Source: Terrimicrobiaceae bacterium
GTDB taxonomy: Bacteria; Verrucomicrobiota; Verrucomicrobiia; Chthoniobacterales; Terrimicrobiaceae
DNA length: 50,103 nucleotides
NCBI GenBank assembly: GCA_044342325.1
Contig: JBIIPZ010000022.1
Span: 1-50,103, forward strand
Direction: 5' to 3'
In this document: positions 1 through 10,616 of the stretch, one piece after another
Layout: each line of letters opens with the position of its first letter
How positions within the stretch are numbered: the stretch's first letter is position 1
Notes under the pieces: generated by a model
Told to the model about the DNA's origin: nothing
The model's database searches: none
The model's input: the letters and a program-made list of their open reading frames with translations, nothing else
Position numbers and translations under genes: made by a program

Positions 1-52
1 AGATCAAACTAACACCTCCCTCAGTGGGTGCAAGAATTATTTTGAATTATTT

Positions 53-1264
53 TTAGCGGCGTGGACTGCGGCCACGGCGGAAGAATTTCCGGCCGTCCAT
101 GCGGACTTCGGGCTTGGGTTGTTTGGGTTCGGCGTTCTCGCCATTTGGCGGGACTTGGAATCCCTCGAGCGTGAGGCGTTCGATTTTCTGGCCGATGAAG
201 CGCTCGATGGCGCTGAGTTTTTTTGCCTCGTCGGGTGCGACGAGTGTGAAGGCATCCCCCGACATGTTGGCGCGGCCGGTGCGGCCGATGCGGTGGACAT
301 AGTCCTCCGGGTGTTGCGGGATGTCGTAGTTGATGACATGGCTGACTCCGGCGATGTCGATGCCGCGAGCGGCGATATCGGTTGCGACCATGACTTCGTA
401 TTTTCCGGATTTGAAGCCGCTGAGGGCCTCGATGCGCTGGTTCTGCGAGCGGTTTGCGTGCAGGACGGCGACGGCATGGTTGTTGGCGCGGAGTTTTTTG
501 GCGATCTTGTCGGCACCGTGCTTGGTGCGGCTGAAGATGATCGCGCTCTGGTAATCGACTGCGGTGAGCAGGGCGAGCAGGAGGTCGAATTTGCGGCTCG
601 GATCCACCATGTAAACGCCATGCTTGACGATGGAAGCCACCGAGCGGGCGGCTCCGATCTCGATGCGCACGGGATCTCGGAGGGCAAAGTTGGCGAGCTC
701 CGCGATTTCCGGTGGCAGGGTGGCCGAGAAGAAGAGTGTCTGCCGATTTTTGGGAACCTTCGCAATGATGCGGCGCATGGGCGGCAGGAAACCGACATCG
801 AGCATGCGGTCGACCTCGTCGAGGATGAGGATTTCTATGTCATTGAGGCGCACAGTGCCCTGCTGAAGGTGATCCTCGAGGCGGCCTGGTGTGGCGACGA
901 GGATATCGAGGCCTTCCTTGAGCGCGGCGCGCTGGTTGCCGTAGCCGACGCCGCCGTAAACGCAACCGACCTTGAGATCGGTGAAGCGGCTGAAGTCGCG
1001 CATGGCGGTTTCCACCTGCATGGCGAGTTCGCGGGTCGGCTCGAGGACGAGGCAGCGAAGGCGGCCGTGCGAGCCGAGCTTCTGGAGCGTGGGCAGCGCG
1101 AAGGCGGCGGTTTTACCTGTGCCGGTCTGGGCCGAGGCGATGAGGTCGCGGCCCTCCAAGGCCGGTGGGATGGCGCGCAGTTGGATGGGGGTCGGATCGC
1201 CGTAACCCATCGCTTGGACGCCTTGCAAAATATGCTTGGTCAATCCAAGCGCTGAGAATGGCAT
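53..1264 (-). CDS. DEAD/DEAH-box ATP-dependent RNA helicase (RhlE-like)
   Basis: Q motif (PTPIQ), AQTGTGKT, PTRELA, TPGR, DEVD, SAT and HRIGRTGRA motifs; basic C-terminal tail. Confidence 0.95.
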   Translation of the reverse strand: MPFSALGLTKHILQGVQAMGYGDPTPIQLRAIPPALEGRDLIASAQTGTGKTAAFALPTLQKLGSHGRLRCLVLEPTRELAMQVETAMRDFSRFTDLKVGCVYGGVGYGNQRAALKEGLDILVATPGRLEDHLQQGTVRLNDIEILILDEVDRMLDVGFLPPMRRIIAKVPKNRQTLFFSATLPPEIAELANFALRDPVRIEIGAARSVASIVKHGVYMVDPSRKFDLLLALLTAVDYQSAIIFSRTKHGADKIAKKLRANNHAVAVLHANRSQNQRIEALSGFKSGKYEVMVATDIAARGIDIAGVSHVINYDIPQHPEDYVHRIGRTGRANMSGDAFTLVAPDEAKKLSAIERFIGQKIERLTLEGFQVPPNGENAEPKQPKPEVRMDGRKFFRRGRSPRR

Positions 1265-1279
1265 GTTGTGTTGTTTTTC

Positions 1280-2746
1280 CTATCCCGGGAGGTTTTTGAG
1301 CAACTGCTCGTTGGTTGGATATTTCCGGATGAAAAAGAGAAGGCGCTCGATGGCCTCGATCGGCTTGTGACCTGCGAGTCCACGGCGGATGACGCTGATC
1401 TTGTGCAGGTCTTCCTCGGGGATGAGAAGCTCCTCGCGGCGCGTGCCGGACTGGAAAATATCGATCGCCGGGTAGATGCGCTGGTCGCTGATCTTGCGGT
1501 CGAGAACGATCTCCATGTTGCCGGTGCCTTTGAACTCTTGGAAGATCAGCTCGTCCATGCGGCTGTTCGTCTCGATGAGTGCGGTCGCCATGATGGTGAG
1601 CGAACCGGCCTCCTCGGTATTGCGGGCAGCGGCGAAAAGTTTGCGCGGGATTTCCAATGCGCGGGCATCCACACCGCCGGACATCGTGCGTCCCCCACCC
1701 CCTTGGGCGTTGTTGAACGCGCGGCCGATACGGGTGAGAGAGTCCATGAGGACGAAAACATCCTTGCCCATTTCGACGAGGCGCCGAGCGCGATCGATGC
1801 AGAGCTGGGCGATGCGGGTGTGGGTTTTGATATCCGAGTCATTCGAACTGGCCATGAGTTCGGCTGTGGGAACGGTGCGGCGGATTTCGGTGACCTCTTC
1901 CGGGCGCTCGTCCACAAGGAGAATGAGAAGTTTCATCTCTGGGTGGTTTTTCACCACGGCGTCGGCGATGTGCTGGAGAAGTGTCGTCTTTCCCGTGCGG
2001 GGCGGCGCGACGATGAGACCGCGCTGCCCCTTGCCCACAGGAGCCACAAGATCGATGACGCGTGTCGTGAAGCGCTCGGGAACGGTCTCAAGCTTGATGC
2101 GCTCATTCGGATTGATGACGCTGAGTTCCTCGAAAACAGGCAGGTTTTGAAACTGCTCGGGATCCCCGCCTTCGAGTTCGGTGAGCTTATACATCTGTGG
2201 GCCACGATTGCCTCGGCGGATTTCGCCTTTGATCCACATGCCATCGCGGAGACCGTATTTGCGGACGATCTCGGGTGTGACGAAAATGTCGTTGTTCGAC
2301 TGGGTGAAATTGCGGCGCGCCTCGCGCAGGAAGCCAAAACCTTTGCCGCTAACTTCCACGATGCCCTCGGCATAGACGATCGGAGCTGGAGGCTGCGGTG
2401 GTTGCGGCGGTCTCTCGACCACCGGTGCAGGCATAGGTGCAGGCATAGGTGCAGGCATAGGTGCGGGCTGTGGTGCTTGAACGGTTTCTTTGACCGGTTC
2501 GGGCTTAGCGGGAACGGTTGGCTCAGGCGCTGCTGCGAGCGCTGGAGTCTCAATCGGAGCCGCCTCGGTGTTGGCGGGGGTTTTATCTGAAAGTGGAAGC
2601 TCCGGGGAGTCTACTGCCTTTTTCTGCCTGCGGGCGCGGCCGATCCGTGGAGTGCGGGTGGAGGTGCGGCGGCGCGGGGCTGCCTTGGTGCCTGCGGAAT
2701 CGGCGGCTTTCGCTGCGTTTTCCGGGTTTTGCTGTTCGTCTGTCAT
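1280..2746 (-). CDS. rho: Transcription termination factor Rho with Pro/Ala-rich N-terminal extension
   Basis: GFGFLR RNA-binding motif, GKGQRGLIVAPPRTGKT P-loop, LLVDERPEEVT, FKGTGNMEI, SGTRREELL. Confidence 0.97.
   Translation of the reverse strand: MTDEQQNPENAAKAADSAGTKAAPRRRTSTRTPRIGRARRQKKAVDSPELPLSDKTPANTEAAPIETPALAAAPEPTVPAKPEPVKETVQAPQPAPMPAPMPAPMPAPVVERPPQPPQPPAPIVYAEGIVEVSGKGFGFLREARRNFTQSNNDIFVTPEIVRKYGLRDGMWIKGEIRRGNRGPQMYKLTELEGGDPEQFQNLPVFEELSVINPNERIKLETVPERFTTRVIDLVAPVGKGQRGLIVAPPRTGKTTLLQHIADAVVKNHPEMKLLILLVDERPEEVTEIRRTVPTAELMASSNDSDIKTHTRIAQLCIDRARRLVEMGKDVFVLMDSLTRIGRAFNNAQGGGGRTMSGGVDARALEIPRKLFAAARNTEEAGSLTIMATALIETNSRMDELIFQEFKGTGNMEIVLDRKISDQRIYPAIDIFQSGTRREELLIPEEDLHKISVIRRGLAGHKPIEAIERLLFFIRKYPTNEQLLKNLPG
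2424..2464. repeat. In-frame 12-bp tandem repeat (GGTGCAGGCATA x3 plus partial) encoding PAPM repeats in Rho
   Basis: Three perfect units at 2424-2459 followed by GGTGC. Confidence 0.95.
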
Positions 2747-2937
2747 GATTGGGTTTTGAGAATGGGCCTGTGACGCTTTTTCCCTGTCTAGGCTGAAAAT
2801 CTCGAGGTGATGGTGTGTCGGGAGCTCGTTAAGTTCCGTGAACTTTGAGAAAGGAAGTTCAACGAGATCCTGCGACAGTGTGTCAGTGAAACGCCGCGTG
2901 CGGAGGGGTTCTACATCGCGTGTTTAAGAATGTGTGC

Positions 2938-2966
2938 AATAAAGAGACGCGCCGCCCGCCTGTCAA
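2938..2966 (-). promoter_or_regulatory. Putative sigma70-type promoter of rho (TTGACA-N17-TTTATT)
   Basis: Perfect -35 hexamer on the minus strand at 2966-2961 with 17-bp spacing to an AT-rich -10. Confidence 0.5.
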
Positions 2967-3057
2967 CGCCTATTCTCGCGGAAGCCAATCTTTTTTTCGA
3001 AACACGGCGAGGGATCGGCACTTGAACAGGCAGAGGTGAATCGATAGGCAGGTGGCC

Positions 3058-4041
3058 ATGGCGATGATCCACATCAACCGCGACCGCGAAAATATCGGAA
3101 AATTCAATGACCAGGATGTCGCTGATGGCCTCAAGAGTGGCCGCTTCCTCCCAACAGATTTGGCTTGGCGCGAGCCGATGACGAGTTGGGAACCTCTCTC
3201 AAGCTTCACCGACTTGCCTCCGCCGGAGGAAACCGCAGAGCCAGTCGCGGAGGCCTCCATAACCGCTCCAACTAACGCCAGCGACCGCATTGTGATCAGC
3301 GAGTGCTTTTCCAGCGGATGGGAGAGTTTCCAGAAAAACATGGGCGTCCTCATGCTTGGAACCTTTACTTTCCTCGTGGTGAATGTCTCGCTCTGGTTCG
3401 TCTCGGAACTAGCCCAGAGCGTGGTGCGGATGTTTATGAAGTCAGGTGGGAGCGAGGAACAAATGCTAAAAATAGTGGCAGTTGTGGTAGGGCTGTTTTT
3501 TTCGATTCTGACCTCGACAGTCACCACGATTCTCTCGGCGGGTTTTTTATGGATGTTCATAAAAAACGCACGAGGGAAGACCGAGTTCGCCGATCTCTTT
3601 GCCGGGTTTTCAAGCGGTGTCTGGCTGCAAATCCTCATGGCCGGAGTGGCTTGGGGAGCGATCATGGTGAGTGTGGCCCTCTTCACCCTGGCGCCGGGTT
3701 TTTTTCTGACTGAGAAATACGGATCTCCTATACCTGCCGGGATCGGGGCGCTGATTTTTCTTATTCCTATGGCCTACCTTTCGGTCGGACTGGGTTTTGT
3801 TTTTCCATTGATCCTCGACCGCCGAATTGGTTGGCAGGAGGCGATGCGCACCGCCATTTCGACTGTGCACCGTCAGTGGTTCCTTGTGGCGGGATTGGTT
3901 CTCATCTACACGCTGCTGGCCATTTCAGGAATCTTCGCGTGTTGCGTGGGAATCATCTTCACGATGCCATTGGGATACGCGATCTGGGCCGAAGGCTATC
4001 GCCGCTTGTTTGGTGATCCTCAAGAGTCTTCCGAAAGCTGA
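3058..4041 (+). CDS. Membrane protein with N-terminal GYF_2 (DUF4339)-like domain and multi-TM C-terminal region
   Basis: IHINRDRENIGKF...LAWREPMTSWEPL resembles GYF_2; several hydrophobic segments and a CCVGIIFT motif; start could be 3052, 3058 or 3064. Confidence 0.75.
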   Translation: MAMIHINRDRENIGKFNDQDVADGLKSGRFLPTDLAWREPMTSWEPLSSFTDLPPPEETAEPVAEASITAPTNASDRIVISECFSSGWESFQKNMGVLMLGTFTFLVVNVSLWFVSELAQSVVRMFMKSGGSEEQMLKIVAVVVGLFFSILTSTVTTILSAGFLWMFIKNARGKTEFADLFAGFSSGVWLQILMAGVAWGAIMVSVALFTLAPGFFLTEKYGSPIPAGIGALIFLIPMAYLSVGLGFVFPLILDRRIGWQEAMRTAISTVHRQWFLVAGLVLIYTLLAISGIFACCVGIIFTMPLGYAIWAEGYRRLFGDPQESSES

Positions 4042-4046
4042 CCGGC

Positions 4047-5534
4047 TCAGGTTTTCATCTCATTCAGCAAGTCGGCAAGCGGAACCACAGCGAAGCGCGA
4101 CGAAGTATCCGAAACCGCATAGGGAAGAATGATATTTTCCCCATGCAGAAGAGCACCGCAGCTGTAGACAACATTCGGCACATAGCCTTCGCGCTCGTCT
4201 GATGCAGGTCGAAGGAGCGGTTCGTGCAACCTGCCGAGAATTCGCGAGGGATCGTTCAGATCGAGAAGGACAGCGCCAAGGCAGTATTTCCGCATCGGGC
4301 CGACGCCATGGGTGATGACGAGCCATCCGGCACTTGTTTCAATCGGAGGACCGCAGTTCCCAAGTTGAACGAATTCCCAGGGTTGAGAGGGGCGCAGGAG
4401 AATTTGGGACTCATACCAGAAGTGCAGATGGTCCGAGAACATGAGGTGGATGTTTTCGCCGTCCTGCCGCCCGAGCATGACATAGTGGCCGTTGATTTTT
4501 TTCGGAAAGAGCGCAAGACCCTTGTTGCGGATCGCGGGGCCGTTGAGAGTGCGGATCGAGAACTCATGGAAATCCCGGGTCTGCAGAATTTGAGGAAGCA
4601 CCACGTTTCCATCATAGGCGGTGTAGGTCGCCGTGTAGGAAATTGAGCCATCCGCCTCCTGAAAGCGCGTAAAACGGGCGTCCTCGATGCCATTGACCTC
4701 GCTGGGGGCAAACGGAAAAAGGATTTTCTCGGAGATATCCAATCCATCGGCGAACCGCACCGTATAATTCGCCCTCGCGAGCATGAGGGCACGCTCACCG
4801 GCTTGGCGCACAGAGGGCTGGTCGGCGCTTGTGCGAAGGCGGCGCACATGGTTGACCAAATCCTCCATGAGAAAGCTTTCTGGAAGACCATGCAATGCGG
4901 TGCTGGCATCGGCGTATTCCACACCGAGTTCCTGAAGTTTTCTCAAGAATGTTGCAGTGTCATATCGAGCTGCCGCTTGAGGACGGGGTTGGCAAACATA
5001 ACGGGAGACGGGATCCATCCGGATCTCACCTTCCAGATTAACGATTCCAGAGCGGAAAGTAATGGATGAAATGTGGCCCTCTCCTGTGGCTCGGAGGCTG
5101 AGAAAAAATCGCAGCTCACCTGCTTTGACTCCGGACTGGTCAGGCGCTGCGACCATGCCGGGATTGAAGAGCGCCGTGGATTCCAGCGAGTATTCATTGG
5201 TGAAATACGAGCCGAGCAACAAGCGCCGCGACTCGCTTAACTCAAGATCGGTGGGCAAAAAGGAGCGGATTTGCTCGAAGCGCTCGGAGAAAATATCGTG
5301 GATTTTCTGATGGCGCTCGTGAAAGTCGGCAAAGACCTCCGCCAACTTCGTCTCAACCGCATTCTCATCCAGGTGCATGACACGCGAAAAGAGGCTGAGC
5401 ACACGGGGATTGATTTCCTGAGCTGCAAGAGGCTTCACAATCAGCGACGGAATAAACGGACGCAAAAGAACGCGGCGGGGATCTGGGCCGATCACCAAAG
5501 GAAGTCGGCGAATTCGTGATTCAAGATAGGACAT
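4047..5534 (-). CDS. Glycoside hydrolase family 130 (glycosidase/phosphorylase-like) protein
   Basis: FNPG, GIEDARF, YTAYDG, NKGLALFP, ITHGV and REGYVPNVVYSCGA motifs. Confidence 0.85.
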   Translation of the reverse strand: MSYLESRIRRLPLVIGPDPRRVLLRPFIPSLIVKPLAAQEINPRVLSLFSRVMHLDENAVETKLAEVFADFHERHQKIHDIFSERFEQIRSFLPTDLELSESRRLLLGSYFTNEYSLESTALFNPGMVAAPDQSGVKAGELRFFLSLRATGEGHISSITFRSGIVNLEGEIRMDPVSRYVCQPRPQAAARYDTATFLRKLQELGVEYADASTALHGLPESFLMEDLVNHVRRLRTSADQPSVRQAGERALMLARANYTVRFADGLDISEKILFPFAPSEVNGIEDARFTRFQEADGSISYTATYTAYDGNVVLPQILQTRDFHEFSIRTLNGPAIRNKGLALFPKKINGHYVMLGRQDGENIHLMFSDHLHFWYESQILLRPSQPWEFVQLGNCGPPIETSAGWLVITHGVGPMRKYCLGAVLLDLNDPSRILGRLHEPLLRPASDEREGYVPNVVYSCGALLHGENIILPYAVSDTSSRFAVVPLADLLNEMKT

Positions 5535-7803
5535 GGTTATCGGTGATTGGTGAGTTTTTTCTAAGGGCGTGCATCTCGGCTAGGGCAAGCAGGAAGGAGA
5601 GTGTGGATTCGGCTCCCTGATTTTGATTCACCCGGTTGTCATGGAGGCCGTCGAAGCAGCCACCTGTTGAGGGATCGTAGAGTGGAAGGCGGAGATCATT
5701 GGCTCCAAGGAACCACTCGAACGCACGCTTGGCGGATTCTTCCCAAAACTGATCGCCGGTGGCGTTCAGCGCTTCGATACAGGCGCTCACGGCCGCGGCG
5801 GCCTCAAGCGGTTGCTGATCGTGAAGAGCGGGGTCCGTTCCCCTCTTCCAAAAACCATTCGAGCCGATTGGGCGGAAGCAACCGTCGATACCGGTCTGTT
5901 TTTCCATTAACCATCTCAGTGCGAAAAGACCGGCATTTTTCATTTCGTCGTTTCCAGTGAACCTTCCCGCGAGAATTAAGGCCTGTGCGATCCGAGGGTT
6001 GTCATAGGCAGCGATATCCTCGCACCAAGGCCAGTCGGCTGAGGCATTCCGCTTGAAAAGATCGAACAACCTGCCGGCAAAATCATCCCTGCGGCGATCC
6101 GCATGCAGATCGCCATGCAGTGAACGGAAATACTCATGCAAACCAAGAATAGTAAAAGCCCAGGCGCGCGGTGAAGTAAATCCCTCCACGGCCAGCAGGG
6201 CATTTTCGAAAAGCGAGGCCGCCCAGGAACGAAGACCGGCAACGCGCGTGCGCCCAACGACTGCACCAAGCGCCCATATTGCACGCCCGTGACTGTCCTC
6301 AGACCCGTGTTCCTCAGTCCACTTCCGGTCAAACCCCATGAAATTCCTGAAACGCCCTCCGACACTCGAAAATCCAAAGTGAAGAAAGGCGGCGCTCGTT
6401 GACTGGATGCGAAAGATCGACTCATCGCAAGCGTCGAGTTCCTCGAGTAAAACCGTCAGCAGAAGGCCCCTCGCATTGTCATCCGTGCAATACCCGTGCT
6501 CGAACCATGGAAGAGTGAAAATGGCATGCTGAAATATGCCGGTGGAGTCGGTCATCCGATTCAGATGTTCGAAGCGGAATGCTGGAAGGGGCTCGGTCTT
6601 TCCATAAACAGACCCCCTTGGCGGAAGACGCCTGCCCCGCGCCTGAAAGGCTTGGCGCGCTTCCTCGAAGACTCTCGCGTAGTCCGCTGCCACCTCGGAC
6701 CAAACCATTCCCCTGCCCATGATGTAAGCCTGCTTCCGCATGGCGTGCCGCCGGGATTCATTGGAAAAAAGCTCCAGCACACCAACCGCGATGGCTTTGG
6801 CGTCGCGGAATGGAACAAGCACACCTCGGTCCTCCGAAAGAAGCTCTGCCGCGTGCCAGTAGGGGGTTGAGACCACCGCCTTGCCTGCTCCGAAACAATA
6901 CGCGAGAGTGCCGGAGGTGCTTTGCGACTCGTTGAGATACGGCGTGAGGTAGATGTCTGCGGCACCGATGAATTCGCAGAGTTCCGTATTTTCGACATAC
7001 CGGTTTACAAACATCACATTCCGTTCCACGCCGAGGTCGCGCGCCAACTGTTCGAGAGACCGCCGGTGGTTTTCTCCATCGCGCCGCACTTGATGGGGAT
7101 GTGAAGCGCCTAGAATAATGTAAACGATATCCGGGTGCTCCAGGGCAATTTCCGGCAACGCCCGCAGTGCATACTCGATTCCCTTGCCGGGAGAGAGAAG
7201 GCCGAAAGTGAGGAGCACCGGCCGCCCGGCGACACCAAAGTGGTCCTTGTAAAAATTCGGATCCGCAAACGGGATGTCCGGTATGCCATGGGGAATGACG
7301 GATATTTTGTCATCAGAGACCCCGTGGATATCGCGGAGCATTTCAGCTCCATGATTCGTCATCACCACGAGCTTTCCGGAGCATTCTATAACCTCTGAAA
7401 AAGCCCGGCGCTGCTCGGCAGTAGGATCCGCGAGCACAGTGTGAAGGGTTGTGACCACCGGCATGCGGGCACGGCGAAGAAGATTTGTAATATGTCCACC
7501 GGCCGGGCCGCCGAAGATGCCGAATTCATGTTGCACGCACAGCACATCGGCATGGGAGAGGTTTAAAAAATCCGCAGCCCGCTCGTAGCCTGCGGCGTCT
7601 GGTTCGGGAATTTCAAACCTCACCTCCGGCGGGTATTCATAGTTGCTGCCGGGGTCGGTGACTGTGACGACCGGACAGTCCCAATCGGGACGGTTGACAT
7701 TGAGGGCGTCGCGGAGATCGCGAGTGAATGTGGCGATGCCGCACTTTCTTGGCGGGTAGTCGCCGAGGATCGCCGCCTTGGTTGTAAATTGAGAAGAGTT
7801 CAT
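5521..7803 (-). CDS. GT4 glycosyltransferase fused to a C-terminal alpha/alpha-barrel-like domain
   Basis: YPPRKCGIATFT, QHEFGIFGG, FGLLSPGKG, TSGTL in the GT-B part; GYCTDDNAR, DQQPLE, NQGAEST in the C-terminal part; overlaps the GH130 gene start. Confidence 0.88.
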   Translation of the reverse strand: MNSSQFTTKAAILGDYPPRKCGIATFTRDLRDALNVNRPDWDCPVVTVTDPGSNYEYPPEVRFEIPEPDAAGYERAADFLNLSHADVLCVQHEFGIFGGPAGGHITNLLRRARMPVVTTLHTVLADPTAEQRRAFSEVIECSGKLVVMTNHGAEMLRDIHGVSDDKISVIPHGIPDIPFADPNFYKDHFGVAGRPVLLTFGLLSPGKGIEYALRALPEIALEHPDIVYIILGASHPHQVRRDGENHRRSLEQLARDLGVERNVMFVNRYVENTELCEFIGAADIYLTPYLNESQSTSGTLAYCFGAGKAVVSTPYWHAAELLSEDRGVLVPFRDAKAIAVGVLELFSNESRRHAMRKQAYIMGRGMVWSEVAADYARVFEEARQAFQARGRRLPPRGSVYGKTEPLPAFRFEHLNRMTDSTGIFQHAIFTLPWFEHGYCTDDNARGLLLTVLLEELDACDESIFRIQSTSAAFLHFGFSSVGGRFRNFMGFDRKWTEEHGSEDSHGRAIWALGAVVGRTRVAGLRSWAASLFENALLAVEGFTSPRAWAFTILGLHEYFRSLHGDLHADRRRDDFAGRLFDLFKRNASADWPWCEDIAAYDNPRIAQALILAGRFTGNDEMKNAGLFALRWLMEKQTGIDGCFRPIGSNGFWKRGTDPALHDQQPLEAAAAVSACIEALNATGDQFWEESAKRAFEWFLGANDLRLPLYDPSTGGCFDGLHDNRVNQNQGAESTLSFLLALAEMHALRKNSPITDNHVLS

Positions 7804-7869
7804 CCGTTGCGACCATGCTTTTAGTCGCTGCGGAGGATTTGCGTATGGGGTGATGCCCTCAGCAGAGGC

Positions 7870-8304
7870 TCAATTTCTGTGGTAGGGCGTTCCGGCGAGG
7901 ATCGTTTCAGCGCGGTAGATTTGCTCGAGGGCTACGAGCAGGGCGAGTTCGTGCTGGAGGGTCTGCGGGCCGAGCGACCAAAGCAGATCGGCCCGCGAGC
8001 GGGTGGCCTCATCCCATCCGTCGGAAGCGCCGACAAGGAGTGCAAAACGCGAAACCGAGCGGTTGCGGAGCTTTTGGATTTCCGCCGAAAAGGCGCGGCT
8101 GGCGAAGGTTTTTCCACGCTCGTCGAGAAGCACACGGTGGCAGCCATCGGAAAGCTCGAGCATCCGCTCGTGCAGGCGGGGACCGGTTTTGACAAAGTGG
8201 CACTCAACTTTGGCAAAGATGTTCAGTCGCCCGAGGTATTCCTCGATGCCGATTTTGGCAAACTCAAGCGCAGGCCGGCCAGCGGCGATGATTTTCCAAG
8301 TCAA
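7870..8304 (-). CDS. rlmH: 23S rRNA (pseudouridine1915-N3)-methyltransferase
   Basis: LDERGK, LVGASDG, SLGPQTLQHELA, EQIYRA, GTPYH SPOUT motifs; TTG start overlaps the lipA stop (TTGA). Confidence 0.93.
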   Translation of the reverse strand: MTWKIIAAGRPALEFAKIGIEEYLGRLNIFAKVECHFVKTGPRLHERMLELSDGCHRVLLDERGKTFASRAFSAEIQKLRNRSVSRFALLVGASDGWDEATRSRADLLWSLGPQTLQHELALLVALEQIYRAETILAGTPYHRN

Positions 8305-9188
8305 CGCTGAACCGGGTTGAAGTCCGCCGCGTGGTAGGAACTGCGGACGAGCGGACCGCTGGCGACGAACTCGAAACCCTTGTTGCGCGCAATATCGCCG
8401 TAGTGGTCGAACATCTCAGGAGTGATGTAGGCGACGACAGGCAGGTGGTTCGGCGTGGGGCGGAGATATTGACCGAGCGTGAGGACGCGGACACCGGCTT
8501 CGCGCAGGTCGTCCATCGCCTGAAAAAGCTCGGGCTCCGTTTCACCGAGGCCGAGCATGATTCCGCTCTTGGTCATCAGCTCGGGATGGAGTTCGCGGGC
8601 ACGGGCCAGAAAATCGAGCGAGAGTTGATACTTCGCACGGGAACGCACAAGCGGCGTGAGGCGCTCGACGGTTTCGAGGTTGTGATTGAAAACATCGGGC
8701 CCGGCTTGAAGAACACGCTGGAGTGGTTCGTCCTTGCCGTTGAAATCCGGCACGAGAACCTCGATGACGATTTTCGGGTCCAGCGCACGGATGGCTTCGA
8801 TGGTTTTGCCAAAATGATCGGCTCCACCGTCAGCGAGGTCGTCACGCGCCACAGCGGTGATCACGACATGTTTGAGGCCGAGGCGTTTCACCCCCTCCGC
8901 GACACGCTGGGGTTCATCCTCCTCAAGGGCGAAGGGTTTGGCTGTATCGACGGCGCAGAATCCACAAGCCCGCGTGCAGCGATCGCCTGCGATCATAAAA
9001 GTGGCGGTTCCACCGCTCCAGCACTCCCAGCGGTTCGGGCACTGGGCGCTTTCGCAGACAGTGTGGAGACGGAGATCGGAAATTAGACCCTTGGTCGAAA
9101 AGAAGACCGGATTCGAAGGCAGGCGCACCTTGATCCAGTCGGGCTTCTTTTGCTGATGAAGGGTCGGGTCGATTTTAATGGTGGCCAT
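8301..9188 (-). CDS. lipA: Lipoyl synthase
   Basis: [16 protein letters not shown] and CTRACGFC Fe-S motifs, RSSYHA; start placed at the ATG at 9188. Confidence 0.97.
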   Translation of the reverse strand: MATIKIDPTLHQQKKPDWIKVRLPSNPVFFSTKGLISDLRLHTVCESAQCPNRWECWSGGTATFMIAGDRCTRACGFCAVDTAKPFALEEDEPQRVAEGVKRLGLKHVVITAVARDDLADGGADHFGKTIEAIRALDPKIVIEVLVPDFNGKDEPLQRVLQAGPDVFNHNLETVERLTPLVRSRAKYQLSLDFLARARELHPELMTKSGIMLGLGETEPELFQAMDDLREAGVRVLTLGQYLRPTPNHLPVVAYITPEMFDHYGDIARNKGFEFVASGPLVRSSYHAADFNPVQR

Positions 9189-9303
9189 GGTTTTCCTGAA
9201 AAATGCTTCCCGGCAGCATACTGGCGGCTTGGGAAAAGATGCCATCGATCTTGTATTTCAGCGCAGCGCTGTCAACCATCAACACCCTCAAACCCGATTT
9301 TCC

Positions 9304-10578
9304 ATGACCACATCCCGACAACTTTTCGAAGCCGCAAAAAAACGCATCCCCGGCGGGGTGAACTCGCCAGTGAGGGCCTTCCGGGGCGTGGGAGGCGAGC
9401 CGTTTTTTGTGAAGTCGGCGAGAGGTTGCCGACTGACCACGGTGGATGACCGCGAGCTGATCGATTTTGTGGGAACTTGGGGCCCGGCGATCCTTGGTCA
9501 CGCGGCTGAGCCTGTCATTGAGGCAGTGCGTGAAACGGCGGGACGCGGATTGAGCTTTGGCACTCCAAATCCTCTGGAAGTCGAAATGGCCGAGACGATC
9601 TGCCGCATGGTGCCCTCGGTAAAGAAAGTGCGCATGGTGAACAGCGGCACCGAGGCCACCATGAGCTGCATACGACTCGCCCGAGGGTTCACCGGCAGGT
9701 CGAAGATCATCAAATTCGAGGGCTGCTATCACGGGCATGTGGACTCGCTCCTCGTGAAAGCGGGCAGCGGGGCGCTCACCCATGGCAACCCCGACAGCGC
9801 AGGCGTGCCGGAGGCGCTTGCAAGGCTCACTGTTACACTCCCCTTTAACGATGCTGAAGCCATCCGCTCGGCCTTCGCGGCGAACCCGGGAGAGATCGCG
9901 GCGGTGATTCTTGAGCCGGTCCCTGCCAATGCCGGCCTGTATCTGCCAGAACCAGGATTCCTCGAGGGCCTCAGGGAAATCTGCACACGCGAGGGCGCGG
10001 TTCTAATTTTCGACGAGGTCATGACCGGCTTCCGCTTGGCTCCAGGCGGCGCGCAGGAGATTTACAAAATCACTCCCGATCTCACGGCGATGGGAAAAGT
10101 CATCGGCGGCGGCCTGCCGGTGGGAGCATTTGGCGGAAGGGCGGAAATCATGGACTGCCTGTCGCCGGATGGCCCCGTTTATCAAGCAGGAACACTCTCT
10201 GGAAATCCCATCGCGATGGCGGCGGGTCTTGCCCAGCTGAGGGAAATGGAGCGTATCGGCGGTTGGGCACTCCTCGAAAAAACCGGTGCGGCCTTCGAGT
10301 CTGCCACGCGGGAGGCGATTCAGGGGCTTCCCCTCACCTTCCAGCGCATCGGCTCGATGTTTTGCCTCTATTTTCACGAGGGTCCGGTGCGAAATCTTCA
10401 AGAAGCCATGGGCAGCGACCGTGCACGCTTCGGAAAATTCTTCCACGGTTGCCTCGAGGAAGGCGTTTACTTTGCGCCATCGCAGTTCGAGGCGGGATTC
10501 CTGTGCACAGCACACTCCGCAGCGGACATCGAGCAAACGGCCGATGTGGTGAAAAAGAATCTGGCCCGTGTTTTTTGA
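9304..10578 (+). CDS. hemL: Glutamate-1-semialdehyde 2,1-aminomutase
   Basis: [49 protein letters not shown]. Confidence 0.97.
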   Translation: MTTSRQLFEAAKKRIPGGVNSPVRAFRGVGGEPFFVKSARGCRLTTVDDRELIDFVGTWGPAILGHAAEPVIEAVRETAGRGLSFGTPNPLEVEMAETICRMVPSVKKVRMVNSGTEATMSCIRLARGFTGRSKIIKFEGCYHGHVDSLLVKAGSGALTHGNPDSAGVPEALARLTVTLPFNDAEAIRSAFAANPGEIAAVILEPVPANAGLYLPEPGFLEGLREICTREGAVLIFDEVMTGFRLAPGGAQEIYKITPDLTAMGKVIGGGLPVGAFGGRAEIMDCLSPDGPVYQAGTLSGNPIAMAAGLAQLREMERIGGWALLEKTGAAFESATREAIQGLPLTFQRIGSMFCLYFHEGPVRNLQEAMGSDRARFGKFFHGCLEEGVYFAPSQFEAGFLCTAHSAADIEQTADVVKKNLARVF

Positions 10579-10616
10579 GGTTACGCCGCCGTGCGTCGCG
10601 TGGTAGAAAATGCGCC

